64,000 nt of DNA from Eledone cirrhosa. Its lineage: Eukaryota. The position numbers and the translations under genes are program-made. Shown here one piece after another: positions 11,490 through 25,955 of the stretch. Every line of letters starts with the position of its first letter. Positions within the stretch are counted from its first letter, which is position 1. The DNA lies in NCBI GenBank assembly GCA_964016885.1, contig OZ024742.1:219666001-219730000 (forward strand). The letters run 5' to 3'. The notes beneath the pieces are model-generated. The model did not search any database. It was given only the letters and a program-made list of their open reading frames with translations, and was not told the origin of the DNA.

Positions 11490-12816
11490 TTATGAAAATA
11501 TTATGAAAATAAACCAAAGAAGCCTTCAATACATCAAAAGTCTTTATTAGCCAACAATGTTTCGTCCTATTAAGGACTCATCAGGGCAATTGAAGCTATA
11601 AGAAGCACTATCGGCCAATACAAGCCGAAAACTCAGAAGAATATGGAGTGTACATACACTAAAGCATAGGAAAATTATCGGGTAAAAGTTATCAAGTAAA
11701 AATTGCTAAGGAAGTGAATAACATTTTGAACCATATTACAAACAAGTCCAATGCAAAAACTAAAGCTAAACAAAGGTGGTGATATAGAGCGGGAATTATT
11801 GTACTATATATAATATAACATAATATAATATAATATAATATAATATAATTGATAATGATAATAATAATATTAAAAGGCCCAATATACATATATATATATA
11901 TACATATGTACACATATATACATATATATCAATACACATTTCCATCAATACAAGCACAAACTAACCCTTATTAAGAGTTTAAATATAAATAAGAATAAAG
12001 ATAAAAATAAAAATAAGAATAAAAATAAAAATATAATACATATATTATTTACAGTATAAAATGAAGAAGAAATGATTAAAAGTAAACATATAATATATAA
12101 TAAACTATATAATTATATAATAGATAATCTCCGGTTAATTTGCACAAACAATATAAATGTTACAATAACACTATAATAACAATATTATAATATAATGGCA
12201 TATAACTTAACAAATCATATAGAGTTACAGACCAGGTGAGAAAAAATATTGTACAGAACTAAATTATGTTGGTACAGAAATTATAAAAATATAAACATAT
12301 TACAGAATTTACAAAATTTAACATAACATAATGGTACATTTAATAATCGGTAAATAATAAAGATCAATAGTACGTTTACAAAGAGTGGAATAACAACTTC
12401 AATATAAAATATTGAACATAGTATAATATAATTACATGGTTGGTGGACAGACATATGTGAATAAGTGAATAAGAGCCAGACATAAAACTACGCACGGTAG
12501 GTATAAATATATAAATAAAATCAACCGGAAATCGAAAAACAAAAACAAAAGTATTTACTTAAGTGTCACATGCAGTTAAGTAAAAAATTTTAGGAAACAA
12601 ACCCGGATAAATGACTAGAAAACCCTATTAAATTAATTAATATTGAAAATATTTAAAATACATAATAAGTCAATACAATCTTAGCTATGGTTTAAGTAAT
12701 CAAAATCTACAAAGTTCAAGATATCACTATAAAAATATTTAGAAAAGAATGAAATATTTTACTATCAGTTGTATAACGTTATCTAATAAACGGACTTTAA
12801 ATAGAATTATGGTAGG

Positions 12817-12876
<60 letters not shown>

Positions 12877-13290
12877 ATCAGAATGTTGGAAGATTAAGGA
12901 TTTCTATACAAATCGTGTTATTTTGGAAAAATAAAGATTTGAAAAAAGCACCTAATTTGTTTTTATTCACTATATATACATGCTCCGTATATAGTACACA
13001 ATGAAAAAATGTTTCATATAAAAAAGGATAGTTTTTGTACTTAACCAGCTTTTCAAAAGTTTTCTCATGTCTAAGTTTTCATTTGTAACGGGTTTGTTAA
13101 AACAAGGGGCGCAGCTGGTTATATCATTGCCCCTTATGTTGAGGAAAACGCAATCCTTCACAAGGGACGTAATTCTGCTCTGACCAGGTATTAAAATTAT
13201 GTATGCAAGAGTTCGGCCTAAATTTTATTTATAAAAAACTTTTCTTTGCCAATGCACTTTTCCTCTGATGTAGACTGGCAACATTGGTAG
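11490..13290 (-). mobile_element. Probable decayed 3' end of a Penelope-like element (GIY-YIG C-terminus, AT-rich 3'UTR, hammerhead)
   Basis: ITSCAPCFNKPVTNENL..KLLKS...ILFY..FFI followed by GAFF..LF resembles the PLE endonuclease C-terminus; hammerhead downstream on the same strand. Confidence 0.45.
11546..11590 (-). ncRNA. Minimal type I hammerhead ribozyme (Penelope-type)
   Basis: Minus strand: ATTGCC-CTGATGA-GTCC-TTAATA-GGAC-GAAAC-ATT-GTT-GGC(T)AAT; complete catalytic core, 4-bp stem II, very short stem III, GUH cleavage triplet, stem I closure, overlapping AATAAA. Confidence 0.75.
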
Positions 13291-13344
13291 AATGGGAAGA
13301 CATTGACATTAGGTAAAGTTTGTGTATGGATGTATCTATCTATC

Positions 13345-14066
13345 TATCTATCTAAGGCGGGTAAAATTCCCGAGATCCATGGACGAGTTCTCTCCAGCGG
13401 TCTCTGTCCCTCATTATCGCTGCCATATCCTGCATCTCCAACAGACCAGTGTCTGTCCTTAGGGCATCAACATATGTTAACCTTGGTCTTCCTCTTCTAG
13501 TGTGTCCATGTAGGGGAGCACTGAGTGCAATGTCAACTCTGGATGTCGGTGAGCATGTCCAGCCAACCTCAGTCTCCTCTGTGTCACTTTTGAGCTGACT
13601 TTTGGGATGCTCCCATACAGCTCTGAGTTTTTCATCCTCAGTGTATACTGATTAATGTTCAGAGCCATCCTCAGCATTCTCGTGTAGCACCCATCCACCA
13701 TCTGAGTGAGTTTCTTGGTCAGTGTCCAAGTCTCAGACCCATACAGCAGCACAGACTCCACTACAGCAATGAAGAGGCGGACTTTCAGGTCTCTACGAAG
13801 GTCCGACTTCCACACCGATCTCAAGCTGTGGCACGCCGCCCAGGCCTTGCTCTTCCTCTCAACCACATCATCCTCCGTATTCCCAATCTTTGCTCCCAAA
13901 TACAGGAAGTCCTCAACCAATTCCAGCGGCTTCCCGCCTACATTAGTGATCCCCTCTGGCTTCTCAACATTCTCTACCAGATATTTTGTTTTAGTCTCAT
14001 TCATTCTCAGCCCCACACTCATCGACACAGTCTCAACCTCCCGCATCAAATCCTCTGATCCTCTGG
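13345..14066 (-). mobile_element. 5'-truncated RTE-like LINE (RT C-terminal part)
   Basis: VGLRMNETKTKYL, VEDFLYLG, KVRLFIAVVESVLLYGSETWTLTK, RRLRLAGH; (ATAG)n tail on the minus strand at ~13333-13353. Confidence 0.88.
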
Positions 14067-14489
14067 ATGTATTAATGGGTGATATCAGTGTGTGTATTTG
14101 AGTGTTTATGCATTTATTCATGTGTGTGTGTTTATGCATGTCTGTGAATAAGCTTGTATCTCTGTGTGTGTATATATACCAAATAACAGATGTATTCACA
14201 ACTTGTGATCAAAGAGTACAATGGAGTATATCAGTCAGTTGTCTGTGCTATATCAGGAAGTAGCCAAATAGACAAAGTGGGTGGTGGGATGGAGTATATA
14301 TTACAGAAAGAGTGGATTAAGGTGTGGAGACACTGGAGGGGGAAGTAAGTCAGGGTTACTGTGTTGTGTCTGCAGTGGTGGTTAGTTGATGAAGTTCTTT
14401 TTTTGACAGACTGAATTCCATTTTGTACATGTAAATACAATTTTTGCAGACCATGATCAGGGACACCCACTGCAAACAGCCACCCCACC

Positions 14490-14765
14490 CCACCTTACAG
14501 GGCTCCTCAATTCTACGAAGGTCAGCTGTACAGAGTCCAAGGACACCTGAGGTTTCAACAGCAACCAATGCAAAGAGGAAGCAGCTGAACAAGCCCCAGT
14601 ATTTGCTTATTTTCCTGTCCTTTGCGTTACAGGCAGTGGTAACGAGGTTTGTGGTCAAAGCGATTAAGTTGGAGGTGGCGACCATGTCACGTCCTAGATA
14701 AGGGATTTACCTCCCTCAAATGGGAAGAGGATAATTCCATCGGGGCGCTTGCCATCTCCACACTC
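14490..14765 (-). mobile_element. CRE-clade retrotransposon RLE endonuclease fragment
   Basis: Minus strand GDGKRPDGIILFPFEGGKSLI*DVT, then AKDRKISKYWGL...FALVAVETSGVLG. Confidence 0.8.
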
Positions 14766-15049
14766 AACACTTTCTGGCTCCAGTTGTAATGAGAAACCAG
14801 CTGCATCTAGGCTCCTTCTCATTATGTCATTCTGGTTTACATTAATTAGTCAGTTGAGTTAGTTTAGAAGTGTTAGGTATTTAGCTACATTGGTTTAGTT
14901 AATTGACTGTGTTAGTATAGTTAGTTGGTTGTATCAGTATAATTAATTAGTCATGTTAGTTTAATTATATTTATGTATCTATGGTCATGTTGGTATAACT
15001 AATAAATTAGTTGTGTCGGTGAAAGTAGTCATATGGTGCTGGGAGCAGT

Positions 15050-16310
15050 GTATGTGTGATGATGTGAGTGTCGATAGGAGGTGGAAAAGAGCTGACTAAA
15101 GGAAGAGGGGCAGTGCATTTAGGCCATTTCCAGTAAAGGTTTGAAGAGACAAAGCAATATGCTGTGCTCTCCTGAGATATATGTTTGGGGTTCCGTGGCA
15201 AGCAACGAGGCCGAAAACTGAGAGGTGGTAGGTGGAATGTCCAGCAGAGTGGAAATGTTGGGCAACCGGAGACTGGTTGCCGAGCCAAGTATCCTGAAGA
15301 TGCTCAGCAAACCTCTCCACTAGTCAACAACCAGTTTGTCCAATGTATGTGGCCTCATATAACATGCAACACAGTCTGTAGACGAGACTCATTGGGGTGC
15401 AGCAGGAGTCCCTAACTAGGAAGAACTGGCCGTTGGGACCAGTGAGATCTGGGTGAGTTGACAGAAGAGAACAACGGCGAGGAGATGTTGGAAGTTGTGC
15501 ATGCTTGAAGGAGAGGTTGGGGGGAAAATGGGATAAGTGGAGGGGTTTGACAAGAGACGGAGGATCATCTCTAGCGAAGCAAAATGAGGATGGTGGCTCA
15601 CCAAGTGAACAATCTAGCCATGTAATGAGCCTATGTTTTAAAATCATGGGTCCTACTACACAGGCTGTGGAGGTAGAGGAATTGAGAGTAGGGGATGGAG
15701 TCGTTGAAGAAAGTGGAGATGAGGGAATGACAAGAAGTGGCAATGCAGACAGATATGTACAGGAAATGGATGGAAGTGGTGGAGATAGAGGCAGTGAAGT
15801 TGAGGGCAGAGTGGAAGGAGCAGAGAAAAGAGAGGAGTCAAGCTTCTCCCGAATGAGTGAGGGAACACCAATAGTTTTTAATATTATGGCCATATTGCTC
15901 AGGGACGCGGCTCAGTTTACTGGGTAAAGATTTGGGCCTCTATGTAGCCAATGAATAAGTTGGGATCTATGGCCACCCCAGCTGTGTTGGTAAAACTCAC
16001 CCGAGAAAGAAAACCAGTTGAGGGTGAGGACTAGCTCAGCAAGGTGGATGAAGGTCGTGGAAGTGTTAGCGAGCACAGAGGCCTTCAGCATGGAGGAATT
16101 TATGTCAATTGTGAAAAGGAGGAGGGGTGGGAGCAGGAGGGAAGACGAAGGAAAGGTTGGTGTCAGATGTAGGAGGGGAGAACAGCTACTAGGTGTGTAA
16201 GTATGGAGTTAAGGTAGGTGGAGAGGAGTTTGGTGGGGCAGTCACAGGCAGAGACGATGGGGCAGCCAGGGGTGTTAGGTTTGTGTATTTTGTGGAGGAA
16301 GTATTGGCTT
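15050..16310 (-). mobile_element. Decayed Penelope-like element (RT plus GIY-YIG endonuclease), internally deleted
   Basis: YFLHKIHKPNTPGCPIVSACDCPTKLLSTYL (16210-16305), LVLTLNWFSFSGEFY, then LVYRLCCMLYEATYIGQTG and ERFAEHL...PVAQHFHSAGH (GIY-YIG). Confidence 0.85.
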
Positions 16311-16569
16311 TGCTGTGATGACCCGTCTGCTGTCTATACTGAATAAGAAGTAGTGAGCAGCTCATGTTAGTTCATATTCCCCTTGTAAATAATCATTATG
16401 TCATGTTACTGAGTGCCCAAGAATCAACTTTACCTTCTCACAGTTAAGACAAAGTTTGCTTCTTATCAATCAGATTAAAATACCCAAACAATACAAAGTC
16501 ATTGCAAGGAGTGATTTTATTGTGAGAACAAGAACAAACTAAAAATCTATAAATGAATGATAGGAAAAT

Positions 16570-19144
<2,575 letters not shown>

Positions 19145-19713
19145 AGTTGGAGGAAGAGAAAAGATGCAATAATGGGGATCATAAAAATGTGAGTTCCTGA
19201 ATTATCGAAACGAATAAGTAAATGTTCCAAAATAAACTAAGCAACCCTTCTTTTCCTTCGAAACGCTTTTCAGTTCTGTTTTGAACATCTTGAGAAAAAT
19301 TTATTATTATTATATAGTGTCAGGTTTTGTACGAGTGACATACACACACACGTGTGTGTGAAGAAGCCTAACTAACAAGTAAACTATTAAAATCTATACA
19401 AAAATGTTAAGTAGCATTCATTTATCCCATTTAGTAATTTAGGAAAGTCAAGTCAGATTCCAAGATTGTTAGAGTATAATCTTGTAGTATTAAATTTCTC
19501 GTCTTAGAAATCACAGGCATCTATTATAATTGGTATTAGAAATCAATTATAACAGTTATAACGGAATTAGTTGAAGTTAATAATGAGTAGACGGTATTTT
19601 TGAAAATGTTTCCCTCCCCTGAATAATGCCGGTGACATATTCTGAAACGATCCCCTATTTTCCGTTAACATATTTTGATATTTCCATGTATCTCATGTAA
19701 AAGTCGACCTTAG

Positions 19714-19777
19714 TTCAGGATAAAATCTTGATTCACAAATGTTGATCAACATTTGTGAATCAAAATATTATCCTGAA
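19714..19777. repeat. 64-bp near-perfect spacerless palindrome
   Basis: ttcaggataaaatcttgattcacaaatgttga|tcaacatttgtgaatcaaaatattatcctgaa; 30 of 32 positions pair. Confidence 0.92.
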
Positions 19778-19809
19778 TATAAATGATACTGTGAGGAAAT
19801 GAATTTTTC

Positions 19810-20030
19810 TCCTTCCAATTCTGAAACCGGCTGGATAATCCAGATGGTCTTACCCTTTGTCTATGGGTAGATATCTCATCTGGGACGTCACACTCTTTTG
19901 CTCAATGCCACATCCTAGATGCTGAGGGTCATGGCTTCCGTATCGGAGGTGAATACAATTTCAAAGTACCGGAATTTATCGGTAAACCATTTTTTCCAGC
20001 CTCTTGGGAACGAGACGTTTGGGGAAGCTG
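19810..20030 (+). mobile_element. CRE-clade RLE fragment
   Basis: PDGLTL.(frameshift)GRYLIWDVT...SEVNTISKYRNLSVNHFFQPLGNETFG. Confidence 0.7.
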
Positions 20031-20335
20031 GCTGCTGACAGCAAAGTTTTTGTCATTGTCGTTGTACCGAACTGTCAGGTGATGTCCGTGAAGGTGCTTG
20101 GTTGTTTCAGTGCCCTGAGCTCACCATCACCTGCGGTAATGCTGCGAGCGTGTTTGGCTTGCTTAAAAAAGTTCCGATGTCCTTTGTGGTGTGTGACCGA
20201 TTGGCGCACTTAGTCTTCAACTAATGTTTTTTTCCCTATTTTTTTTCGCTTTGGTTAACTCAACAAATAAATACTTACCAATGTACTTATCAAATAACTT
20301 GGCCTTCTAATTAATTTTAGGGACAGAGAACAACG

Positions 20336-20817
20336 TGAAGTGAAGTTAGTGGTAGTTGTGGAAGGGGATGATAAACACGACAAACAACAATTTTGGTTAG
20401 ATATAATACTTTACTTCACTTCAGTTAAAAAGGGGAAAAGAATATGATTACTTCGAATCATAAAAATACAGTTTGATGGTAGCACTCACAAATGAATACA
20501 GTGTTAAAAAGAAAAGCTTCTGTTTGTCTATATGAAGACGCAGATGATTGTCTGTGGCTGAAGTGCTGATGTTAGAATTGCTGTCGGGCCCTTGTCGACA
20601 GAGCCGAAGTCTTTTTGCTAAGTGCTTCATCTCGCTATTTGCTTGAGCAGGTCGAAGTGATATTTCTTTTCCGAGTTACCAGAGTTGAATGAGAGAAAGA
20701 AAAACTTATCTCACTTCACCTCAAGCTAACCAGCCAGTCCAGACAAATGACACCAACCGAGATAAAGAGAAATAGCAGCTATTCAGGGGTCAGAGTGTGT
20801 GAAGAGATTTCGCTACA
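20336..20817 (-). mobile_element. Solo LTR (Gypsy-like), 482 bp, with 4-bp TSD AACG
   Basis: AACG|TGAAGTGAAG...TTTCGCTACA|AACG; TG..CA ends with imperfect terminal inverted repeat; end sequence shared with the elements at 24390 and 33804. Confidence 0.75.
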
Positions 20818-20819
20818 AA

Positions 20820-20982
20820 CGTAGGTTTCGATGGCAATCGACACAAAAAAAAACCAAGCAGCCAATCCCTGGTATTTAGTTAATTTCTGCTCCATGCATT
20901 GCGTGCAGCGTTTCCCAGGTTTGGTGGCCGAAGAGAAAGTGTCATAACATGCAGTCTCCCAGATGAAGGATTTACCCCTCTC
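20820..20982 (-). mobile_element. CRE-clade RLE fragment, interrupted by the solo LTR
   Basis: RGKSFIWETACYDTFS...EQKLTKYQGLA..F(fs)VSIAIET. Confidence 0.7.
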
Positions 20983-21130
20983 AAACGTCTAGAAAGTTCA
21001 CCACTCTATGATTAGACTTAATAGTTATGGTGAGCCCCAAAGTTTTGAAAAACCTATGTAATTGCTTATTAAGATTGTCGATCCTGCGTTGATTATACTT
21101 CTTAAAAATAAATAAAAGCATCGTTTCTAT
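20983..21130 (-). mobile_element. Penelope-like RT fragment
   Basis: IDNLNKQLHRFFKTLGLTITIKSNHRVVNFLDV, homologous to the 5590-5820 fragment. Confidence 0.7.
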
Positions 21131-21435
21131 ACAAACCACCCCATAGAGCAGGAATCTCTTCCTTGTGTCTATGTAGTAAATCCCCCATCCTGTGTAAGGT
21201 GGGAATTGAATTTCGGATATATTCTGCTTCAATTTAATACGTTTGATTAATCCTCTGAAGATGGAAAAGTTCAAATATATCTATATCATTTTGTATGTCT
21301 AACACTAGACTGTTTGTTATCCTTCCAATGACGGATAATTTTAGAAGTATACCTTTGACACGGTGAGTGTCGAGGTAAATATAATTATCATAATTTAATT
21401 TTTATTTCAAATGTTTATAGTGTTTTTACAAAATA

Positions 21436-21737
21436 TTTGTTTCTACTTTAGGCACAAGGCCAGCAATTAACCAGTACATTACTGGTACTTTATTTTATCG
21501 AGCCCGTAAGGATGAAAGGCAAAGTTAACCTCGGCGGGATTTGAACTCAGATTGTAAAGGGACGTAACTATGCTAGAAAGCATGGCGTCCAACCCTCTAC
21601 CGATACTGCCAATTCACCGCTACAAAATAATTGTTTCTACTTTAGGCACAAGGCCAGCAATTATCCAGTACATTACTGGTACTTTATTTTATCGACCCCG
21701 TAAGGATGAAAGGCAAAGTTATCCTCGGCGGACCGCT
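21436..21737 (-). mobile_element. Family A SINE plus tandem partial duplicate
   Basis: Full copy 21436-21620 and internally deleted copy 21630-21737, each followed by ctacaaaataat. Confidence 0.85.
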
Positions 21738-21970
21738 ACAAAATAATGTTAATTGAAAAGGAACAAGTAATTTAAAAAAGAGCAAAATATTTAGCGGTGG
21801 TGTTATTATTTGATACTTTAGCTGATTTATAGTAATGATAGTGACATTTGTATCAACAGAGGTCACCAATATAGCAGTAAATTAATAGTCACCAGTTTAG
21901 CAGAAAAATAATATTATGCCATGTAATAAAAAATATCAACGACAATAATAATATTGATATGTATTTGTGT

Positions 21971-22509
21971 TGTAGCAAGAAAGGTATGGTTTTGTTATAT
22001 CAATAAATGTAACGGTTTTGTTATATGGCAATGTTAGCTGAATTGAGGTTCGGCTGTAAGTCCCAGGTTCTGTTGCTGCAGTGATAATAACTCTGGAAAG
22101 GATCTTTCCATATCACATTTAAAGGCTATGGCAATAGCATCACAAGACTTCACAATGTTTTCACATAATTTATTTACAAACCGATCACAAAGATTGAGCT
22201 GGCCTGCCAAACAAAGGAACAAACAAATTAAGAGTCCAGAAGGTACGGTCGACAGGCTGAGGTGCTGGCCAGGCCCTAGTTATGTTGTTGTCGTTACATA
22301 TTGGCTAGTGGATGAACGGCCAAAGAAAAATAGTGTTTACCTTCCCATGATTGAAGCTGCAAGAGACAGTATGTCGAAAGAAAGCGGAAAAATCTCTGTT
22401 TAGGCCGAAGTTAGTAAAATATATTAGTGCGCAGCTCACGATTGGCATGACTTAGCCAAATCACGCACAAATAGTTTACAAATGCGCCAAAGGAAAGTAG
22501 CTTGCTACA
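21971..22509. mobile_element. Solo-LTR-like or MITE-like element with perfect 9-bp terminal inverted repeat
   Basis: TGTAGCAAG...CTTGCTACA; no TSD found. Confidence 0.45.
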
Positions 22510-22659
22510 ATACTTTTCAAATTCAGTATTGTTATTTATTTATTTTTTTACAATTATTTGGAAAACTTCACAAACGCCACCAATGTTAATGTCGGCTGCT
22601 TTTACAGTCACGTGACCATCACTCCTCTCTCTGTCGTCTACCACTCAAGCTAACAATTC

Positions 22660-23215
22660 ACTTCTCCTCTCTGCTATCTTGCTCGGGGTCTACCGCTAGG
22701 ACTACTGTCAGTTGGTTTTGCCAGTAAAATCTGTCCAACGATACTTTCCTGAGACATTCTAACATGTCTGTAAAATCAGAGCTGTAATCTCTCAATTCGG
22801 AGAAGTAGCAGCTCTACATGGAGCGACCTCCAAAGACTCTTCGGTGGAACCCTATTTCGGCTGTTTGAATTCGCAATCGTATTCTTTTGATCATTATCCA
22901 AGAATCATGACTAGAGGTAAGGGTTAGCACGAATACTGAATTAAAAATAGTAGGTTTGGCTTTCTTCTGATGACCGAATGCACCAGCTCCTACAATTCTT
23001 GCACTTAATCCAGCCGGCTGCCTTCTTTCACTCGTGAAAACAGCCCCAAGATGTTTGAACTTCCCTACCTGCTTCATTTGAACTCTATTATGCACACGTA
23101 GAGTGCACTGTGCAGGTTTCCTTGACAGGACGAGTGTCTCAGGCTTCGCACCACTGATTTGCATTACTGCTGTGCAGCACTCGGCAACAAACCTATCATG
23201 TGCATGTTGGATATT
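22660..23215 (-). mobile_element. RTE-like LINE fragment
   Basis: KPETLVLSRKP, QVGKFKHLGAVFTSE, IFNSVFVLTLT...SWIM, RIQTAEIGFHRRV. Confidence 0.8.
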
Positions 23216-23524
23216 ACCTCCTCTCTCTATATATAAAATCCCTACCTTCTCTCACCCCCCCTCTCTATATATATAATCCTTCTTTCTCTCACTCTCTCCT
23301 CTCCTCTCTATATAATTTTAATTCTCTCTGTCCTTAACTCCCCCTCTTTCTATATATAATTCTCCCCTTTCGCCCTTTCTTCTTTCTTCTCTATATACGA
23401 TTCCTTCACCTTCACCCAATCTCCCACCCCTTCAATATCATATTATATTATACTATATTATATTATATATTATATTACATATTATATTATATTATATCAT
23501 ATCATATTATATTATGTTATATTA

Positions 23525-23702
23525 TGGTGGATTGGCAGTATCGGTAGAGAGTCGGACATCACGCATAGAGTTACGTCCCTTTACGATCTGAGTTCACATC
23601 CCGCCGAGGTTAACTTTGCCTTTCATCCTTACGGGGTCGATAAAATAAAGTACCAGTAATGTACTGGGTAATTTGCTGGCCTTGTGCCTAAAATAGAAAC
23701 AG
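23525..23702 (+). mobile_element. Family A SINE inserted in (TATAT)n tract
   Basis: ggtggattggcagtatcggtagagagtcggac...gagttcacatcccgccgaggttaactttgcc...gtgcctaaaatagaaaca. Confidence 0.85.
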
Positions 23703-23984
23703 TTATATTATATTATATCATGTTATATGAGTGGTTAGAGAACTGGATTCGCAATCGTGAGGTTGTGATTTTTCGATTCCCAGACCGAGTGATGCGTTAT
23801 GTTCTTGAGCAAGACACATTATTTATTGTTGTTCCTTCTGCCTGGCGTAGCGACCGACAGATAGTATTAGCAATTGCAAAAACCAATGGAAACATTGTTT
23901 CTTCGGTCCGATTTGACGAGGTCCACCCCATTCGTTAAGTGCCAACCTTTACCTATGGTCATGAATTTTGGGTAATGACCGAAA

Positions 23985-24314
23985 GAATACGGTCTTTGGA
24001 CTAACGTTACTCGATAAAGTGCGTAGCTCGGAGATCAGAGAGTCAATCCAGGTAGAACCACAACTTCTCCGAAGTGAGAGATCACAGCTCCGATACTATG
24101 GTCATGTGGTTAGAATGTCTCAGGAAAGAATCACTGGACATATTTTTACGGGCAAAACCAACCGACAAGAGACCCAGGGGTAGACTCCGAGCAAGATGGT
24201 TGGATAACAACCATGAGCTTGGCTGGTCACGATTCTGACAGGACCCGCTGGAGGGAGTGTTTGAGGACTCTGCCCCTGCGACTTTCTCAGGTAAAAGTGG
24301 AAGAAGAAGAAGAA

Positions 24315-24345
<31 letters not shown>
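23985..24345 (+). mobile_element. RTE-like LINE 3' end with (GAA)n tail
   Basis: GLTLLDKVRSSEIRESIQVEPQLLRSERSQLRYYGHVVRM; (GAA)n at 24300-24343; same family as 22660-23215 in opposite orientation. Confidence 0.8.
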
Positions 24346-24834
24346 CTCTTTCACACACACACACACACACATATATGTATTCGTATATAAGTAGCGAAAT
24401 CTGTCCACACCTTGACCCATGGGTAACAACATTTAACGGTCATTTTCTGGGTTATCTCCTTTCGAGCGTCAACATAATCAGATTGGACGACCTCGAAAGG
24501 TCAACCCTTTGTTCTCAATTCTTGGAGACAGAGGAAGCGTCATAGATAAATAGCCTGCCTTAGATAAGGCCAGGCAATTGGGAGCGATTCTTGATAGAGT
24601 AAATATGTAAACTATTGCTTTCCACAGGCCCTTTGGGTCTCAGTGACTTTTACTCCCCCTCCTATCTCCCTCAATCTCTATCTCTTGGTCTCTCCCTTAA
24701 CTAAGCCAGTGAAGTTCCTGAAGTTTTCTTGGTAAATACAATTTAATTCTACTTTTACAAACAAATAACGTCCACAATTCTTGCGAAATTTTCGTATAGC
24801 TTCGGTGTGAGCTATTTTCAAAAAATTAATAATA

Positions 24835-25955
24835 TTAGCTGACGCACCCAGCTTCGCCCGGGTAAACAGATGATAAGAGAAGACAGGTAAAGAAAAAATG
24901 ACTGTATTGGATGTTTGTCCGGTTACAGTATGAGGCGAGTCCGTGGTGTCTGTGTGATACAGAAAACAGTAAAAAGAAATCTTCCAGATATACCAGATTC
25001 TTCGTTGTACCGTTTGTGCATAGTATATGAACAATTCTAGGTGCTCACATCTAGAATAGTGACCTCTAGGAGATGGTTCATCTTCTGCCTGACTGTAAAA
25101 CGTGTATCATTGCATAGACGTGGTTGTTCCACGTTTCTCAAAAGGATGATGGAAGTTCCAATCTTTTATATTATATGTAGATATAGATATAGATAATTAA
25201 TATAAAAGATAATGCTCAACCAGTACGTCTTCAACCATCGCAGCACGCCGTCGCTGCTTGGCTCCAGTGTTTCGTTGGCGTTGTTCAGCCAGCTCCTCTC
25301 CATTCATGGCGGCACGTCTTCGCCTCTGAAGTTCGGCGTTCCGATGGCGCTGTTCGGCCCGTTTTTCTTCATTCCTGGCTGCACGCCGTAGCCGCTGTAG
25401 TTCACTGTTTGATAAAGTCGAATTGCTTTTATTATCAGTATTCATTTCGAGCAATTGTCAAAAAATGACACAATAATAAATATAAAAGATGTCCGTCAAT
25501 GTAAAAAAAGGTCCCTATTTACTCCCTTCACAACTCTGTATGTTAGACTGACAGACAGGCACACAGACAGATAAACTGCGTGGCGATTGTGGAACGCCCC
25601 ACGTACACACACATACACGCATGGAAACGCGCACACGCACGCAAACTTACACACACCCGTGCACTTACACACACTTACTCACACATGTTGATAGTTTTTA
25701 CTTTGTGTGTTGCACGCACGCACACACACATAAACATACGCGCACGTACATACACACGCACACATGGTAATAGTTACAGCATTCACTTTGCCTCTCTGTT
25801 TCTTACTCTCCCCTCTCACTCCCTCATTGGCATTATGCGTATTAATTTAAGTTTGGCGTCGTTGAGGTGGGCGGAGTCGTTTGAAACCTATGAACCAATG
25901 ATAATCAAGAATTATGACACACGGAATACCGACGTTGTTGAAATTAATATATAGA
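24835..25955 (-). mobile_element. Non-autonomous Helitron derivative 1 (1121 bp)
   Basis: 5' TC at 25955; 3' hairpin CCCGG-GCGAAG-CTGGG then CTAA|T at 24835; both ends near-identical to the full element; retains the start of the Rep ORF. Confidence 0.92.
25197..25445 (-). CDS. Truncated Helitron Rep N-terminal ORF (82 aa from ATG) with ~2.5 23-aa STPR-like repeats
   Basis: MNTDNKSNSTLSNSELQRLRRAARNEEKRAEQRHRNAELQRRRRAAMNGEELAEQRQRNTGAKQ..., open from the native ATG to a stop just after the deletion junction; expression unknown. Confidence 0.35.
   Translation of the reverse strand: MNTDNKSNSTLSNSELQRLRRAARNEEKRAEQRHRNAELQRRRRAAMNGEELAEQRQRNTGAKQRRRAAMVEDVLVEHYLLY

Noticed and set aside
15324-15927. 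Ser/Pro-rich 189-aa ORF and its antisense ORF as host genes
   Set aside because: Lie inside the decayed Penelope-like element; only the GIY-YIG end is in the true frame
21254-21275. CTGAAGA hammerhead-like box
   Set aside because: No convincing stem II followed by GAAA
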